Below the pieces are notes generated by a model, which was given only the letters and a program-made list of their open reading frames with translations, was not told the origin of the DNA and did no database searches. Of a stretch of 64,000 bases of DNA, positions 1-12,001 are shown one piece after another (position 1 is the stretch's first letter; every line of letters starts with the position of its first letter). The stretch comes from Octopus sinensis (Eukaryota). The translations under genes were made by a program, and so were the position numbers. The stretch spans positions 48,857-112,856 of the forward strand of contig NW_021833276.1 in assembly GCF_006345805.1 (NCBI RefSeq). Direction: 5' to 3'.

Positions 1-82
1 CTTTCGTTTGGGTGTTTTTTAAATGTAGAATTCGCCCCTAGGGGCATTTTCATCAATTGATTTTTTATTTCTCGATAAAAAA

Positions 83-2014
83 ATGTCGAGAAATTTTATC
101 GTAGAACAGTATTCTGCGATTTTTTCTAAGGAGGATTTTCATGCTTTGGAAAAGACAGTCAACAAAGACGCTGCTACAAAGAATGATAAGACTGTAATCA
201 ACACCACCACCACCAAAACCAAAACTATCACTGACACAACAACCGTTAACAATAACAACAACAAGAATAACAACAACAAGAATGAAGTAAATATAAATGC
301 CCATGATGTTTCACAAGATTTAATTATCTCACATATTGGTGAAGATATTATTAACATGAAAAAAGTACCAGTCCCTGAAAAAGCTACAAACACTACAACA
401 ACCAACAATAATTCTGATACAACAACAACAAAAACACACAACGACAACAACTGCCAGAAGAGAACTGTGAATTTCGCTGACACCCTGCGTCAAAAAAGAG
501 TAATTGTACATTTCACAAATGAAGAGTTGGTGGAGACAAGATTACTCTTCACAACTTCAGGACAAAATTTAATTCTACACACACCACAGCATGTGAAAGA
601 AGATATGGGGAAGAGAACAATTTTGTATAGAATTATTAAAAAAATCCAAAAAAAAACAAAACAGAACAGGTAACAAAAGCAGACATTGAAAAATGAGCCA
701 AGTATATTATGAATATAAAAACAATGAAAACTGGGGTCCCTAGTTTAATACAGTGGTGGTCCGCTTCCATAATCAGGAAGAGGCAAAAGCTCACTCTACG
801 GAGACATTACAAAATGAAGAACTCATCATGGTCCCATATTACATGGGACAAAGAGTGAGTAAGATAACAATAAAAAATGCCCCGCCCAAAATCACACCCA
901 AATGGATAACATCGGCGATATGTTATCATTTAAAATCGATAAACATATTAGAAATCGCCGTGTTTAAAAATGATAATTGGAGTGGTAAATCGATAGAGGT
1001 GACCCTTCAAATCGATGGGTCTTATAGCGAGAACTTACCTAATATTATATATTTGGAAAATGGCCAAAGCCTGTATGTGGTAGCGAAGGGTAAAAAACCA
1101 CGATGTTACAGCAGATCTTAATTGCGAAGTGCATTCTAGGACAGAAAAAAAGAAAGAACAAATCAGAAAACAAATAAAAAACCCTTGTTACCAACATCAA
1201 CACACTCAATTATGGAACAATGCCAAGAAAAACAACAAACCAGCAAAAAACCCCAACAACATCACCAAGAAAAGAAACAGCACCAACACAATCACCGTTG
1301 ACGTCGCTACCAATTAAAGATACTGAACCAACACCAAAAGACAGACCAACACCAGCACCAAGAACGACAACTAAGAAAACAGATAACAGTGATGAGTAGA
1401 TAAATTCTACCTCTAACACCACAACAACACAAACACCGCACAAAACATCAACAATTTCTACAAACATACATATTAACGCAAATGCTTTGCCTTTATCCCC
1501 TTCTGATTCGTCGGACTCGTCGTCCAACGACGAAAGTTCGACGTAATGGCAAATAGCCACAGGGGGTAAAAGGAAAAGATAAAAAAAGCCCACCAAGCAA
1601 GTAAGTAAAGCAGGGAGATATTTAACTCCGGACAGCATCCCCCTAGACAATAAAAAAATCAATGAACCCGCAAAACCACACACACAACTAACAGCAATAG
1701 ACACAGACAATAAAAAACTAATGGATTACATTGCATCCAACACGAACATCTGTGAAGATGACTTTAAGACAAATAATCATCCGCGCATCACACCACCGAA
1801 ACACGTAAGAATTGTACACATAACACAAACACAACACCATACACTGAAAACAATATTTCCAAATGCGGTAGGGGGTTTTCAGAGATACCTCCCCAAAAAA
1901 CTATACAAACATCTCCTCAAAGACACTACAAAAGGAGAAGGAAAAAATGAAACTTTCGAAACTTTCTTGCCTCTTGTCTCTTCCAATGTAGCGTGTGAAA
2001 CACAAATTTCTTAA
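83..2014 (+). pseudogene. Tx1 ORF1 (gag-like nucleic-acid-binding protein), frameshifted; zinc knuckle partly deleted
   Basis: Fragments 83-673, 753-1121 and 1721-2014 are colinear with ORF1 of B and C (VVRF.N.E.AKAHSTE, LENGQSLYVVA.GKKPRCY). The CYNCGSPEH knuckle of B and C is reduced to CYS plus a deletion at about 1104-1132. Confidence 0.85.
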
Positions 2015-2023
2015 ACGTCAATT

Positions 2024-5000
2024 ATGCTTAAATTAGGTTGTGTGAATGCGCGTGACTTGGCGTCGACTTTGAAGCAAGGTTACCTTCTAAACGATATCAA
2101 GTCACTGGACGTGGATATAGTAGCTATCAGTGAAACTAGACTCAGCAAGCCGCGGGCGTTCGCGTCCATGTTTGGCGATCAATTCGACATTTATTTTTCT
2201 CCCCTCCTACCGAACATGGGTGGTGGAGGTACCGCGGTGCTTTTTCGAAAGAGTCTAAATGTAAAAGTAAGAACAATATTCCTAGACCCGGAGGGTAGGC
2301 TGGTTGTCTTGGACGTGGATGGCAGAAATGAGTGTGCATTCGGTCTGATGGCAGTTTAACGGGTCGGGCGGATTTCTTCAGACGTCTAGAGGTCTTCCTG
2401 GGTACGTCTAGACCTTTACTGTTAGTAGGGGATTGGAACGCTATCTTGGACACGCATCTAGACTATGTGGGAATGGATAAGAACAGAAGGGGGTGTAAGT
2501 GCCTGAAAACCTACTCAAACGTTTCCATTTGGCTGACAGGTTCCGACTCGACCATCCGAACGTGCCAACGTGATTTTGGACAAACCGCGCCGGATCGTCG
2601 AGATCTTATCTAGATAGAATTCTATGCAGGTCAGCGGATAGGGATAGTGTAGGATGTCCACAATTTAAAATAGTCAGCTACACAGATCACAAATTTGTGA
2701 CGTGTACGCTCGACTTAGATAAGACACATAGACAGGAACCGGTTACTGGAAACTGAACACGTCGCTCTTAGCGCGACAGGTTTACAGGAACCGGATTAGC
2801 GAGTTAATTAAGAAGGCGTTGGCGGGAGCCGTCGTTAACAACCGCTGCCCTGAAAATGGCAATAAAATCGGAATCAATTAGGTTTAGCAAGGAATTAGTG
2901 ATAGATCGAAATAGAGTAGAGGGAGACCTGGTTAAGAAACTAGAAGAGGCACTTACCACTGGCAGCGCATCCAACGTGCTGGCTGCGAGGATGGTTCGAC
3001 CAACACCTCAACGTCAAACACGAAGGTTGCGTCGTCAGAGCTAAAATGCGTGCCTTAAGGAACGAAGGGATCGAAGCTGCGTGAGAGGCCCGGGTAGCAG
3101 AGGCGCAACGTGGCAACAGAGCCACCATTCGGTCTCTAATAGATCAACAGGGATGCAGTTTACTCGAACCCGAAAGGATGTGTGAGGCCATAGAACGGCA
3201 CTTTGCTCGACTGTGTGGTGCGAGTGGTGGGTCGGAATGCGGGATGGATTTCAGTGCCTACCTGACCGACCTGCCGCGACTCTCGGCAAGAGAAGCGGAG
3301 TGTTGTGAAAGCCCCATCACAGCCGCTGAAGTGCGGGATGCGATGGCGGGCTGCGCGAGGGATAAGTCGCCTGGATTGGATAGTTTACCATACGAGCTGT
3401 ATTGTCAAATACCCGACTTGTTTGGCGACCTCTTGGCATCAGTCTACTGCAACTGGCAATAAAACGGGAGAATCCCCGGTTTCGTGAGCTGAGGTGCAGC
3501 GACGTTGCTAAAGAAAGACTCAAGCAAGGGGAATTTTATAGATAATTTCAGGCCCAGAACTCTGCTCAACGCAGATTTGAAAATTTTGGCCAAAGTAATA
3601 GCCGAGAGGTTGGTGCTTGTCATTGGTAAACTGGTCGACAGGGCGCAAACATGCGCCGTGCCGGCCAGAACCATACATGATAATCTCAATCTGATGCGCT
3701 ACGTTGTGGACATGGTAGTTAAGGATCCTGGCATGGGTGGGGCGCTGATCAATTTGGATCAGTCTAAAGCCTTCGATAGGGTCGACCATCGGTACTTGGC
3801 GGCCGTCATCAGGGCGGCTGGTTTCGGTCCCGTCTTCCGCGGTTGGATCGCTGCCTTGTATAACGGCATCCGATAGGTGATTCGGATGAACGGTCACTTG
3901 TCGAAACCGTTTGACATCACGCATTCGCTCCATCAGGGATGTCCCCTGTCGGCGCTTCTGTATGTATTGACTTTCGAGCCGCTACTGCGGAAGCTGGCGA
4001 CACTAAGGGGATTCCCACGGGAGCTGGGTTGCGAGACGAGCGTGTCGGCATATGCGGACGATGTCACTGTCATAATGTCGAGCGGAAAACACATCCAGAT
4101 TATAGGCGAGACACTAAAAGAATACGAAACAGTGACGGGAGCGAAAATTAACCCGGAAAAGTATGTGGGTTTGATACTCAGCACCTGGAGAAGCAAGCCC
4201 ATACCATCCGACTGCGGCTCAGTAGTGGGACGCTGGACGGACGGACCGGTTAAATTGATCGGGGTATGGTTCAGTCCGGACCTCCAAATGGATAAGAACT
4301 GGGACGAAATCACGAGTAGAGTGGTCGCTCTCAGCCAAACATGGGCCGAGAGAAAGCTGTCTCTAAAAGGTCGGGCGGAGGTGGCGAACGAGTACATCGC
4401 ATCTGTCATCGATTACCGCCTGACCGTCGTGCCTTGTCCCGACACTACTATCACCAAACCGGAACGCATATTCTTCCGCTTCCTGTGGAAGGGTGGCGTT
4501 CCGATGGTGAGGCGGTCCATTTGCTGTCAATATCCGTTAAATGGAGGAATGGGAATGCCGCGGTTGATGATGCGCAGGCATGCGCTGAGACTGCGACATC
4601 TCTGGAACTTCATCGATGACGGTGAACAGGTGTGGGCGCCGTTTGTGAGGCGGGCCTTCCCGCAGCTTGTCTCACTGACCGAACTGCAAACGTGGATCAA
4701 GAAGAGACCGAAACTGGGCGATTGACACCGAGAGTGTCGCCAAGCTCTACAGCAGCTCTGCCGACCGGGGTCAAACTTGTGCAACTTGCAAACGACTAAA
4801 GCGTTCTATAGAGGACTAGTGGAGGAGAGGTCCGACGACACACTCGGGGCAAACCTGGGCGTTGACGAGAAATTCCTAACCCGCCTGTTCAGGACGACGT
4901 TCGGGCCGGGGCCTATGGATAACTTTCAGAGATCCCTGGTTTGGCGTTGCTATCGAGACGCACTACCTGTTCGAGAGAAGAGCTACAGGCACGGTTCGAA

Positions 5001-5427
5001 AACCACCATCGGACCGACCTGCCCGAGATACGGTCAGAACGACGAAACCGTTCTGCACGTACTCGTGCAGTGTCCAGATATTTCAGAGCTGTGGACCTTC
5101 GTCGAACAGCTGTTGTCGCGTGTAGGATGGGCCCGCTTATCTGCCAAGTCTATCGTGAATATTGTTCCACCACCTTCCTTTAAACGGGAAGGGAAAACGG
5201 TTTTCGTTACGCTGATGGCTATGGCGAAAGAACGTGTGTGGTGGACGCGTTTGAAAGGACTGCAAACAAACACCTTCCTCTCTGGTCTGTCTCTCGTCAA
5301 CTTTTTCAAGTACCACTTGAAAAGGAGGATGAGAATAGAGAGGAAGGCTTTGTCGAACGAATGTTTTAATAAAAAGTGGTTAAAAGTGGCAAAAATGGTC
5401 AGTATGAAAGACGACACTATTTTTTAA
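2024..5427 (+). pseudogene. Tx1 ORF2: APE endonuclease + reverse transcriptase + C-terminal Zn finger, several stops and frameshifts
   Basis: EN motifs CVNARDL, VAISET, GGGTAVL, LLVGDWNA, DHKFV. RT motifs KSPGLD, FRPRTLLNADLKILAK, LDQSKAFDRVDH, QGCPLS, AYADDV. C-terminus CPRYGQNDETVLHVLVQC. Confidence 0.95.
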
Positions 5428-5741
5428 GCGTAAATCTGTAACCAAAAGAGACAACGAGATTAAGGTGACTTTCATGTGTTCATTTTCGAACTGTCTGAGG
5501 TGACCTTGGTCTTTTTTGTAGGTTTTCTTTCCAAGGCTACACCTAAACTGTGAACTTATATATATATATATGCTTTTTATACACCACGCAACCCACAGAT
5601 CCCTATTGATCAAACGTTTTTTTTTTTGTGTCTCACCCACCACCTCGAAAAGAAAAAATTCTACATTGTATTTCGTCCATTTTTATTCTTGTTTGTTTAG
5701 CCCTGTGTGGCTACAATAAAAAGTATCTATCTATCTTTCTA

Positions 5742-5966
5742 TTTCGAACTGTCTAAGGTCTTTTTTGTAGGTTTTTCTTTCCAAGGCTACACCTAAACTG
5801 TGAACTTTATATATATTGCTTTTTATACACCACATAACCCACAGATCCCTATTGATCGAACGTTTTTTCTTTGTGTGTCCCACCCATCTCACCTCGAAAA
5901 GAAAAATCTCTACATTGTATTTCGTCCATTTTTCTGTGTTTAGCCCTGTGTGGCCACAATAAAAAG
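5742..5966 (+). mobile_element. Second, 5'-truncated Tx1 3' UTR copy (A') in tandem with copy A
   Basis: Direct repeat of about 5484-5723 (tttcgaactgtct...gccctgtgtgg.c.acaataaaaag). It is preceded by TATC repeats and followed by ttatctatatatc. Confidence 0.9.
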
Positions 5967-5979
5967 TTATCTATATATC

Positions 5980-6548
5980 TCACAGCAGCCATATTTCTAC
6001 CACTCTATGTCACGCTGGTGAGACCCATATTGGAGTATGGGATTCAAGCCTCTTCTCCTTATCTCCTCAAAGACATACAGCATCTCGAAAGAGTCCAGAA
6101 GCTGGCTACCCGCATGGTTCATGGTCTCAAAAATTTGTCCTACGAAGAAAGGCTGAGGACGCTCGACCTTTATTCTCTTGAAAAACGCCGCCATCGTGGT
6201 GATCTCATTCTCGCCCAAAACATCATAAGCGGAAAGTGTAACCTCTCGAAAGAGCTGTTCTTCACTCCTGCTCCAGAGCGTCGGCTGCGGGGTCATTCCG
6301 AAAAGCTCTACCTGCGACGATTTCATCTCAATCGAAGGAGAGGAGCTTTCTCCGTCCGGGTTGCGGATCCGTGGAACAAGCTGCCAGACGAGATGGTGAA
6401 GATGCCGACGACCGCTTTGTTCAAAGCCTCCCTGGACCTCAAGTGTCCTGAACTCTTTACATGAACACCACCCTGTACTTAACTCCATGTCCCCCTACAT
6501 GGCCTTGCTATTTGCTTTTGAGCCAAATTAACTAACTAACTAACTAAC
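5980..6548 (+). mobile_element. CR1/L2-group LINE, 5'-truncated 3' fragment with (AACT)n tail
   Basis: YVTLVRPILEYG..LERVQKLATRMV.GL..LSYEERL..LDLYSLEKRRHRGDLI..FSVRVADPWNKLP is typical of CR1-type ORF2 C-termini. Stop at 6464; tail aactaactaac at 6529-6548. Confidence 0.9.
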
Positions 6549-6549
6549 A

Positions 6550-6685
<136 letters not shown>

Positions 6686-7204
6686 TTCTTGACTATATCT
6701 GTCTGTCTAACATTCAGTCTGTCTCCCTAAATTTCTCTTCCTTACTTTTCTCTTGTCTTTTCACGTTTGAAGCTGAGATTAAGGATGGAACAATATATAT
6801 TATGGACATAAATGGCCGTAGATTGTCCTTTCAAAGAACAGAGCAGAAAATAAAGTGATGGGAACTATGTAGGAAAGGAAAACAGCCAGTGAGAGAGAGA
6901 GAGAGTTATAGGGTGGAAAGGAGAAAGGGTAGGGCTGAGAGAGGAATGATGAATGTGAGAAAGAGTGATGTGACGGGGGTGAAGAAACAACAAGAAAAAT
7001 GTGGTGCTACGGAGTGTTGATGGGGGCAATGAATGGCGTTGGGGCTGAGGGATGAAAGAATTGAATGGTGTGGAATGGGTTGGAATGGAGTGGAAGTAAG
7101 GGGTAGCGTCAGTGAAGGAAGAGAGAGAGGCAGAGAGAGAGAGAGAAAGTGACAAAAAGATAGACAGACAGATACAGAGATACTTTAATAGAGAGAAAGA
7201 CCGA

Positions 7205-7207
7205 CAC

Positions 7208-7292
<85 letters not shown>

Positions 7293-7560
7293 CAGGTAGG
7301 CAGACAAACAGATAGACAGACAGACATCAGACAGACAGACAGACAGATAGATAGATATATAGATAGATAAATAGATAGATAGATAGATAGATAGACAGGT
7401 AGGCAGACAAGCAGACATACAGACAAATAGATACATACATAATACATACTCACATGCATACATACATACATACATACATACATACATACATACATACATA
7501 CATACATACATACATACATACACACATACATACATACATACATACATGCAAGCATGCATA
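7205..7560. repeat. Compound GATA/GACA/CATA microsatellite within a purine-rich region (about 6850-8500)
   Basis: Direct reading; it explains the low-complexity ORFs 7109-7570 and 7185-7559. Confidence 0.95.
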
Positions 7561-10500
7561 TAAGGAGCATGAAGGATTAGAGGGCAAAGAAAAGTAGGAT
7601 GAGAAGGATAGAGTGATAGAATGAGAAAGGGAGGTGGTTGGAAGGAGGAGGATGATGTGTGTGGATGGTGGTTAGAGGCAAATGAAAAGGAGAATAAGGT
7701 GGGGGGTTGGTTGCTGTAGTTGTTGTTATGGTGATGCTGGTGGTGGTTGTAGTGTTGGTGGTGGTGGGAAAATATTTGAAGAGAAGAGGGAATAAGAGTA
7801 AAAGCGTTAAAACGAAGAAAGATGTGTGAAATAGGAAGAGAATTTTAAGAGCCAAGAGAGGTAGAGAGAGAGAGAGAGAGAAAGAGTGAGAGGGGCATAT
7901 GAGTGAGAGGGTTAATATGAAGAAAGTGGAAGATAGGGAGGAGATGGAGAGAGAAGAGGGTGAGGGTAGGAGAAATGTAAGAACAAAGATAGAAGTAAAT
8001 GGTGGATGAAGTGTGAAGGAGGCCAGGGCTGAGAGTGACAGTGTGTGAAGAATGGGTAGAGGGCGAAGAGAGAGAATAAAGGGAAAAATGGCGGAGATTC
8101 GTTAGGAGGAGGCGGAGGAGGGGTTAAGACAGTTGGGAATTAGGAAAGACAAAAGTGAAACAGAAAGTGACGATTGAAAGGGTGGGAGAAAGACAAGAAC
8201 TAATGACAGAAAGAAAGAAAGAAAGAAACAAAGAAACAAAGAAACAAAGAAAAATAAAAGGAGGAAGAAAGAAAGAAGCACAGGAAGACAATAGAGAAAT
8301 GAAGAAAGGGACTGTAGAGGAGAGCAAGTGATAGAAAAAGAGACAGAAAGAATTGAAGAAAGGTAGAAAGAAAGAAACAAAGGAAGACAGAAAGAAAGAA
8401 TAAAGGGTGTTTGAATGAATGAATGTATGTGTGTGTGTATGTATGTATGTATGAATGTATGTAGGACGGGTGTTGTGAGTAGGGATAAGGGGTAAAACGA
8501 AAAGCATAAATATTAAGGTGGTTTGTGTTTGATAGTTGGTGGATAAAGAAGTGGTCAGGGATAGGAGAGTGGAATGTCAGTGCTAAAGAGACAGACAGTC
8601 AGATATAAATACTGTCTGTCTAATACTGACTAACTGACTAACTGACGCAAGCACAGGTAGACTGATTGACGGACAGATAGGTAGACAAACTGACAGAGAG
8701 AGAGGGGGAGGCGGGGGGAGACTGGTATGCAAACGTCATAGATATAGAAAAACTAACAAAGTGAAAAGCTTAGGATTTGTATTTTATTTTATATCTACGC
8801 GTAAGACTAAATTTAGATGTAATAGAGAATATATACGTGTGCATACATGCAGAAACGTGTATATATTTGTGCATGTGTGTATATGTGTGAATGTGCATAT
8901 AGTACATATGTCTGTGTCTGTGTTGTGTGTGTGTGTCTGCGTGCGTAATTGGTCGTGTGATTAAACCTGTATATACGTCTATATGTGTATGTCCTACACA
9001 AACATACATGTATATATATAATGCTCCTTATAAGTTACCTCCCGTGTCTGTAAATTTGTTTCGAGATCCCGTACAGATTCGTGCCATCTTTTATATTCTC
9101 TTCCAAAATGGAGACGAGTACCCGCATTTCTATGTGGTACGCTTCAACAATTGTAAAGATTTCTTTGCATGAAACCATACCCTTGTAAGCTACAATATAA
9201 ATATATGCATGTATGTATGTATGTATGTATGTATGTATGTATGTATGTATGTATGTATGTATGTATGTATGTATGTATGATGGATGGATGGATGGATATC
9301 AGGTTGTTTACAAGTGCTACTAATAATATTTAGTCTGGTACGATTTGTTGTGTGATCTTTTCATCGGTGACTAAATCGGATGCCTCTTAAGTGTTACCTG
9401 GTAAGAATAGTAGCCGCAAAGCAGCAGAACGAAAAACAATAAGTTTATCTTTAGGTTTAGGCCTTGCTGAAACTGAGTTGGCTCATAGTCAACTGAAAGA
9501 GTTGTAAACAACCTTAAATTAGGCTAGAAGGTGCATGTTATTGCGTCTCAAAAATTCTTGTTTCATAAAAGTGGGTATCACATTAAAATACTAGTGATCA
9601 ATTCTCGTTGAGTAAATATCCTTGGTTTCTGCATCAAAACAATCCTGTTAGGCACAAGACCACAAGAGAACAATGCACGGGAAAACAGGCTTAACTGACA
9701 GCACAATGCCTGCAGAAATTATTTGAAATGGTAATTGTTCTCAGTAGCAATACTCAACCAGCGATTTTTTGAAGTTTTATTATACAACTGCACTGAAAGT
9801 CCTCCGGAATACAGTTCAGTCTTTCGTCGATGCCTAGATTCTCTCAGCGACGTTCTCCCCTGCGTCTAATAATCTAAAGCATACAAAGGTTGCCTGCCTA
9901 AAGTCTGCATCGGAAGGTTTATAGAGAATGTGAAGCTGACAACATTTTAGATGTGAGATGCCCAATCTCGATAGACGAACTTTAGCTCTGTCAAGAAAAA
10001 GAAAAAAGAACGAACTGAAGGAAGGCGAGTTCGTCTTACTGTCCAGGAAACTCATCAGATGCAGCTTATTCATGTATATAATTTAATTATGTCTAAGTAT
10101 TATTCACGCAATCGTTTGTCATCGCTTACATGTTGAACATAGAAATTCGGGAAGTTCGGTTTTCGGGGTAAATCAAAGGTCACCTGCAGCACACTATAGG
10201 TTCCGTTCAACTCGCAACTTGTACATTATCAAGAGCAAATATTTATAGATACTAAAAGTAGTCCTAACGGGAATTTGAGGAGAGTTGATCGATGTCTTTT
10301 CCCATCGTCGCTATGTGTTTGGTACTACACACCCCATCAGCTCAGAATTGTTCTGTCGAAGAACCGAAACGTTTTATTTAATATTTTTCTTTTCTGATTT
10401 CTAAAGAATGTCACTGACTTAACAGCCTCGCATCCCTAGATTTAGATATGGTGGTTATCAACGTTACCACTTACACCTTTTTCTTTGAGACTTCTCGCAT

Positions 10501-10827
10501 GCAGATCTTCCAATCGGTTCGGTTGGGGCGGAAAGGCAGAGATGCTTATGAAAGATTTCCATCATGAGGAACATGTGATCTTCAGAGACTCAGGTGTTCA
10601 CGTTTGATTTAGAGACAAGGTCCACTCCTAAATGTGATGTCTGTATTTTCATTAAATTTGGATTAGATTATGTTTTAGAATTATTTACCTTCCATATTAT
10701 GTTACATTTAAATAGCTTGGAAAGAACTTTTATCTTCAAATTACAAGGATCAACTCGTTTAATAGAAATTATTCAACTTAATATATTGCACATCTGAGAT
10801 CACATTGCTTAAATATGTTCAGCCACT

Positions 10828-10943
10828 GATAGAAGGAAAACAGAATTGATAGAACGAAAACAGAATTGATAGAAGGAAAACAGAATTGACAGAAGGAAAA
10901 CAGAATTGATAGAAGGAAAACAGAATTGATAGAAGGAAAACAG
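10828..10943. repeat. 20-bp minisatellite (gatagaaggaaaacagaatt), about 6 units
   Basis: Head-to-tail units at a 20-nt period with no spacers. Confidence 0.95.
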
Positions 10944-11320
10944 GACTACCCCAGTGTGTTCATGGTCAATTCCATTGCAACAAAATAAAACTAAAATATG
11001 CAATAAGAAAAGCGTAATGGTAAAGTCAACCCCGGCGGCATTTGAATTAATGATAATATATATTGATACAAATTCTGCCGAAGTTACTTTGCCTTTCCTC
11101 CTTTCAGGATCGGTAAAATAAGTACCTGTCTCGCATTGGGGTCAATGTAATCGACTAGCGTCCCCAACCAACATTTCAGGCGTTGTGCTCTTGTTAAAAA
11201 GGAATATATTGATACGACAGGTAACATAATTTATAGATCAGCGGTAAGATCGGAAACACGAAACTCTGAGTAACAGTTTTTGTGATAGTTTTGCTGCTTT
11301 TTGATCAAGTAGACATATAT

Positions 11321-11385
<65 letters not shown>

Positions 11386-11409
11386 ATTTATATACATATA
11401 TATATATAC

Positions 11410-11473
<64 letters not shown>

Positions 11474-11493
11474 GTAATATATAACATATATAT

Positions 11494-11539
<46 letters not shown>

Positions 11540-11622
11540 ACAAGTGGATTGTATTCACCGAAGCTAGGTAATAAAACCTTCGAACAGAGATTGTCGGAAG
11601 CGACACCTACTGGTCTGACTAC

Positions 11623-11664
11623 GCTACATTGAAAAGGGGCAATACCCCGAAACGCGTCTGTAGC
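11623..11664 (+). ncRNA. Minimal type I hammerhead ribozyme with U3-A8 core variant
   Basis: GCTACA-TTGAAAA-GGGG-caata-CCCC-GAAA-CGCG-TC-TGTAGC: 6-bp stem I, 4-bp stem II, palindromic ACGCGT stem III and a GUC cleavage triplet. Confidence 0.8.
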
Positions 11665-11873
11665 TGTCGGTCAAGTAGTGTGGAGCGACTGACCTCCCTT
11701 GTTCGAAGGTTATATGGATACAGTTTGTGTATCAAATAGCTAACTTAAGGCGATGGCCTCATGGAGCTAATAAGCGGACAGCTTTATTCTTATTTTTATA
11801 AGAATGCCATATTAGTATGGCGATAACTATTATATATATGTATAATATATATGTATAATATATATATATATAT

Positions 11874-11940
<67 letters not shown>

Positions 11941-11944
11941 TATT

Positions 11945-11991
<47 letters not shown>

Positions 11992-12001
11992 ATATGATTT
12001 T

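Larger units (their letters stand above)
1..5723 (+). mobile_element. Tx1/L1-clade non-LTR retrotransposon, copy A (near full length, 5' end just outside the window, degraded)
   Basis: 5' UTR matches copies B and C. ORF1 fragments, then ORF2 with APE endonuclease, RT and C-terminal Cys/His finger. The 3' UTR ends AATAAAAAG and is immediately followed by TATCTATCTATC (5724-5735). Confidence 0.95.

Noticed and set aside
5871-6464. 197-aa ORF as a chimeric Tx1-CR1 protein
   Set aside because: The N-terminal part is Tx1 3' UTR read through by chance into a 5'-truncated CR1. It has a non-ATG start and no evidence of function.
7109-9172. ORFs of YLSI/MYVC/YIYI/poly-residue type here and throughout (e.g. 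26187-27323, 43582-44907, 51711-52168)
   Set aside because: They are translations of microsatellites, not genes.
10340-10380. Hammerhead-like gttc..gaac-cgaaacg
   Set aside because: No recognisable CUGANGA or UUGANAA core and no stem I; at best a decayed relative of the 20072 motif.
10828-10943. Regular repeats as a CRISPR array (also 24958-25052)
   Set aside because: The units are contiguous with no unique spacers, there are no cas genes, and the context is eukaryotic.
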